Of a stretch of 64,000 nt of DNA, positions 54,301-60,300 are shown piece by piece; the first letter of the stretch is position 1, and each line of letters starts with the position of its first letter. Under the pieces are notes generated by a model, which had not been told where the DNA came from, did no database searches, and saw only the letters and a list, made by a program, of their open reading frames with translations. The stretch covers positions 247,078 through 311,077 of the forward strand of contig JAQGDQ010000235.1 in NCBI GenBank assembly GCA_030141605.1, written 5' to 3'. Both the position numbers and the translations under genes were made by a program. Source of the stretch: Tubiluchus corallicola (lineage: Eukaryota > Animalia > Priapulida).

Positions 54301-57300
54301 TGGTATTTGAACATAAGTTTAATTTCTTAATTACAAGAATAGTGACTAATACTTAAAAAATTCCATAATTAAGACAATAAAAAGGATCACAAGGTTTCAA
54401 ACCGACTCTGTGATTTATTGTTGAGTGACAAAAAAAGGAAAATGTATTCGTAAGTAAGAATGCTAGCGCTAATTTGTTTTTTTTTTATTATTTACAAATA
54501 AAAACAGCACACTTACAAAACTAGACAGTCACATACTAAAATTAGAGAGACACGGCAAGAAAGCTACATGCAAAAATGTAGAAGTAGAAAACAAAATCAC
54601 TGGCCGCAGTCACTGTGACCAAAAGACAGAAAGATACACACAAGAACTTCTAGGGTAGCAGAGGTCATATATAGGTTATGTATATAGGAAAGAGTTATAG
54701 GTATAGGCTATAAGATAAACAATGATTCTCATTATCAGTCTGCAGGTGGTTCCTAGTAAAAGGCAAAAGGTGGAACCCGCATGAGTTGAATATGCAAAGG
54801 CTGAGGGATGAACACAATATATAAAACTGCCTAAAGGGATTTTGCCGTTATGAGATAGGCTTATTAGAACATAAAGACTGCAGTAATAAACCAGATTCAC
54901 ATTAAGATTTTGCAGGTTTAGCAAGCATTTGATATATATTAGACTGCAGCTAATATAATTGCATGATCTGTATAATTTCGTTTTTCTGCTGAGGCCTTTT
55001 TGAAAACAAAGATCGTTTTTAACGTGAACATAACCTCATATGTTCAAATTATTACGTTTGATTAAGTCACAGAGGTAGTTGTCACACAAAAAAAGCTGAA
55101 GTTTGATTTTATTGTTTCTCTTCACAGATAGGTTTTATTTGGCTGGCTGAATAATCACTGGACTTTTACTTTAACAGTTAGTAAAACTGGCTCCTTCAAT
55201 GAAATCATTGCTCTAAAATGTACTGGCCAACAACTTAAAATTAGATATGCACCTTGTACATAGATTTAGATAAGGTTTAGAAAGATTGCTAGCTTACTGG
55301 AACAATACTTGGAACGTGTGTCACTCAAGAGTGGCATGCTGTTGGGCAGCAGTAGCTGTTGGCAAATTGCCAACAAGTATTCTCATTGCTGTTTCATATA
55401 TTTACATCTATGTTTTTCAGTATTTTCATTGAGTAACCCGTACCCAGGTATCCGATTAATTACCCTAATTGTTTATTATCCTAACCTTATAATTCTGTCC
55501 GGTTCCGACAGTGACATTATTTGTAATATGATATCCATTGTTAGAGAACTTGAAATTTAAATTCTACCTTTAAATGCTGTGCACTTTTACAGTACATATC
55601 GACTTGGCAGCATGCCAGGTGGCAGTCTAACCCTCAAACTATGATTTCTTTATGGGAGGTTGATTATCCAAATAAAATTGTTTGTTAACATTTAAAAACC
55701 TATATCAGCCTACTAGCAAAGGTATGAATAAAACTGAAAGGATTTTTTAAGTTTAACAACAACACGAAAAGATAATATAGGTTATTTTATTCTCCTAAAC
55801 CCTACGTTGTATTAATAGTGATCAGTGTGGTACCTAGGCTGACATAGCTGAATCTTTGATAAATTAAAGCGTTCAATTAAGTAATTAAGAACTTGGCAGA
55901 CAAAAGCTCTGTGAAACGCCTTGTGTTTCAAAACTTTAATTATTTATAGGCTGACTTAATTATATTTACTCAGAAAAATTGTTTTCCGCCATTTTTCGAG
56001 TTTTGTAATTAACCAGTATAGAAATTTTCAAACTTCAAAAACAGTCAGTAGTTAAACAGATGATACATTTTCTTGCTGCTGCTATTGTTGTTGTTGTTGT
56101 TTATGACTTCTGATGTCAGATGTATAGGGTATACTATATCACCATTACATTACTATGGAATCTTATGCCATAATTCCTTAACAATACAGCTGTTAAATGA
56201 CTTGACCTAAGAATGGAAGGCCAATCGAAAATAATAAGCAGTTAATTAACTGCAGTTACTCACCAATTTTCAGTGAACAGTGAACACCTGTGCTTAAGTG
56301 TAGAGGTTCCTAGCGATCCTGAAAGATAACAGATTGTTTATATGATGTCACAAAGATACTTGTAACACCGTATGAACAAGGCTAACAAAAATATTTGATT
56401 CTGAATATGATATTCCAAAGTTTTAAATCGAAGTTAGTTTCAGCAACGTCTTCACTAAGAGAGAATAATAGTGATCAGTTTCTTTACCAATCCTGTGATC
56501 AAAGAAATGCTTGCGATCACATTCGCTTTCAGTGAAAAGGTAATTGCCAACATGTGGTAGTACAGCACATTCAATATTCGGATCCAGGCTTTTCTCGAAG
56601 GGAGTGCCCTTCTCCTGTACTCTTTTCCTGTGAGTAAGAAGTATTGCTGTGCTAATTATTCAATTTTTTGCTGATTTACTAAAAAAAGCAAACACTGATT
56701 GTACAGTTTAACATTGCAAGCTGGCTTTCAAAATTAGTAGTGGCTTGACGTGGCAAGAGCAGTTTTAGGGTTGTGACAGCAGTGGAGTCTGCTAGTTATC
56801 ACAGACAATGCTTTAAAACAATGCGTTATCACAGAGGTGTTTTAGCCCCCATAAAATTTTCTGCCATTATATCCCTCACTAAAAATAACCTCTATAGATA
56901 ATTTATATTCTGTTGTCTACCAAATAAAGTTTACTGCATGAAAGTCTGTGTTTTGCAAGAACAACTTATATAACACAAATTATAGCAAAAAAATTACCTG
57001 AAAATTTGCTTCAGTAGTTTTTATGATTCTCAAGGCTGCCATTCACAGTAGCATTAAACCCGAAATGGTTTTTCTGGTTGTGAAAGAGCAACAACTTTGA
57101 AAATTTGAAACAACTTCACTGCAAGTGGATAATGTTTTGGCACTCATCACTAACTTGTTTTGACAGTATTCACACTGTATTGTTTTTAACAAGTCACCTA
57201 CAACAAATCCACTATGTAAAACAAAACATTGTCTCTGAGGACGTTCGGTGTTTCTCGATCTAACTGAATCAGTGTATGTTCTATTTCGTAGTTATCACAA

Positions 57301-60300
57301 TCCAATGATTCATGTTTATAATCCTTGTCTTCAGTATCGCATGCAGTTGTCAGTTTTCTGGGCTTCCACTTGCAGTCACGCGGACCCTTTGAGTCTGTTA
57401 CCGAATCTGCAAAAAGCATGCAGTTTCCAGTCTGTGAACGCTGTATCCAATTTGGTATGATTACCCTATGTAAACCCCTTGAAAACTCCAGCACATTTGC
57501 GCGTTATTCCATCCGTAGCTTCACCTTATTTTGTTAGAAAAATAGCCGGAGTAAATCTTGTAAAAAGTTGTGCGTTAAGACATGTAAATGTCTTGTAATC
57601 TCTAGTAAGAAGCTGATAAGCAAGAATCATGATTAACAGTACTCTGAATTTAAAACCAATAACAACTGTCTTTCTTTGACCATGGCACAGAAGCCATCCC
57701 TTCTAATCTCTTAGAACGTAAATAAACCCTGCATGCTTCATGGCAACTGAAGAAACAACATCATAGTTGACTTTTGTTAGTGCAGCTTTAGCTTCTTTGC
57801 TGAAAGGATTCCTGCTGTTCAACGTGTTGAATAATTCAATAGGCCTATAGATAAATTCTTTTGTAGCTTCAGTCCCTGAAAAAGTGGTGACTTGTGCACA
57901 TCTTTGAGAAAGTCTATGGCTTTCGCCACAAAAAACTCAATGTTTGGACTGCAAGCTTGACATTCATTGTGTGTTTCCTCCGTTGGATGTGTTTTTATTT
58001 TATTTGATTTGCAAAAGTTATTCCTAGTTCTTTTTGCACAGTATTTAAAGCTTCGTTATAGTGCCACTCTATTTCTCTGGATTCTCCTTCACTTTCTGTC
58101 ATGACTTTATAGTCACCTAATAAGTTTCTTGGTAATTTTTCTAAATGATATACATCAAAGATCACGTAAATTTCATCAGCATGTGACTGAGGATGAGTAA
58201 ACGATGTTTTCATGTCATTCATGTTGAAAAAACATGCTAAGAGCTCTGCTGTTGTTTCATTTACATAACTGATATAAAAAGTGATAGCTCACACTATAAT
58301 TCCTTCAACATGAAAAAGGCTGACACAGTCAAGTGATTTTGTTAATTAGGAAAAATGCTACAGGATGGCGCCAATGGCCAGCCACACCTGCCAACATGAA
58401 AACAAAGCTTCAGTAGCAGTTTTGTCACAAACGTATGGTAAGGCTGAGCCATAGTCAACTGGACCAGCATATCTTTTCCCTTCACACAGTTTCTTTCCAT
58501 AAAGCCATGACATCTGTGATAAGGACTGTGTCTCTCATGAATTGTTTGTTTCAGCTTGTTTTCCAAGGGGTTTGTATTATATCCATCAAAAATCTTGGTC
58601 TGCAGTCCACTAAGGAAGCCCATGCCCTAATGCGTAAAGGATGTAGTAACAACAGGAGTTTTCTTGTAATTCATAAACCTTGGGCGACTAATAGTGCAGT
58701 CAATGCAAACTGCTTTGTTTCATCACTATACCTGTTCGAGTAAGCTCTCTTTGACTGTATGTTTTCTTGGATTGATTTTCAAACAAGTGACTGGCAAAGC
58801 AAAATTTTGGGACATAGTACTACATTATTCACTGGTAACTAATTTTCTCTCCTTCAGACATGTCAACAAAGTTTTCATATTTTCATAACACGATTTGTTT
58901 GCTGGAGCTTTTGTCTCAGAGTTTTATTTTGTCTTTTCAGCTCTTTCACACTTATCAAGAGGTTTATTAGCACGAGCTTTAACCTTACAGTAACTATGAT
59001 CCGCAGTTTCGAGTTTGGCTATCTTTGTAGGACTAGAAAAGCACTGAGTGAAGCATTTCCTCTTTGATGGCAATTTGCATTTTGTGGTTGAACATTTTTG
59101 TAAAATAGTAAGAAAATCAAAAACTGATAGTGCAGCTGAGCTTTTAAAACAAGAAAATGACTGAGCATACTGATTGACCTCAAAGTCACTTTCCAAAAAG
59201 TGTGCACTGCAAAGAAAGTGTTTCCCTTCTCCGGCTTCCAACAAACTGCTTTTACCCAACTTCTTAGCTTTGCACGGTCATTTTCAGGAAACCTGAAATG
59301 AAGGCACTAGCTGCAAATTTTTTTCTTTTCCTCTATGCAATATTTATGACATCGACAAATTCAATAATTCATTTCTTCAATAAGTATGACTAAAATTTAA
59401 AGGCAAGCACAATCGATATCCCAAGATTTGCAATTATGTTACCACTAGATTAATTAATAATTGAAGTAGCAAAGGCCCCGCAAAAAATTTTGCTTATAAA
59501 TGCACATATAATCAATAATGCGCGAACATCCTACCTAGTGTTCGTTTATTTGCCAAAGTCAACAGCAGCATCTTTAGTGAATTAAAGTTATAAGGTTATA
59601 GACTGAGAATAATGGATGACGTCAGAACAATGGCTTTGCCTCAGCAGTTTTCCAAGCAAAAATTGCCAAAAATAGAACATGTAATTAACTCATGTCTTGA
59701 TGGATGTGTCCTACAATATAGCCCACATCATCATGTAGCCCTGTTCTTCTTCTTTTTAAAGAGCTATGTATCTCCTTCTTAGATCAACACAAAGAAGGCT
59801 AGAACGTTTTTTCTATAGGCAGTGTGACCAAAATTTCGAAAAAATTGGGAGTTGGATCCTGGAAAACGTCCGCTATGGGGCACTGAGGCCCTCTCACCAA
59901 TACTAAATACGCCTACTACACCCACCGCTGAACGGGCTATCTATCCATGGCCAGCACCACCCATGGCTCAGTCCCGTTCTCCAGATCTCAGAGGTATAAC
60001 TTTTGCAAAAAATGGCCATTTTGGAGGTTTTTCGCCCCCTCCCGTTCCTCGCGGTGGGCCCGATTCCAAAAATATGACCCCAAATTGCATGACACTAGAT
60101 CGAGACCTTTCGTTTGATATATAGATCGCCGCAAATTGTGCCGCCGTCGAAGCTGTAGCCTCGAATCTTATATATATATATATATATATTAAGCTCATAT
60201 CAGTAGAATTAATATATACGATTCTACAGTGTTTTACATGATCTGGGAAAGAAGTTTAAAAAAGTTAACATCGGGGCTGGATTGACTAACACATTTATTA

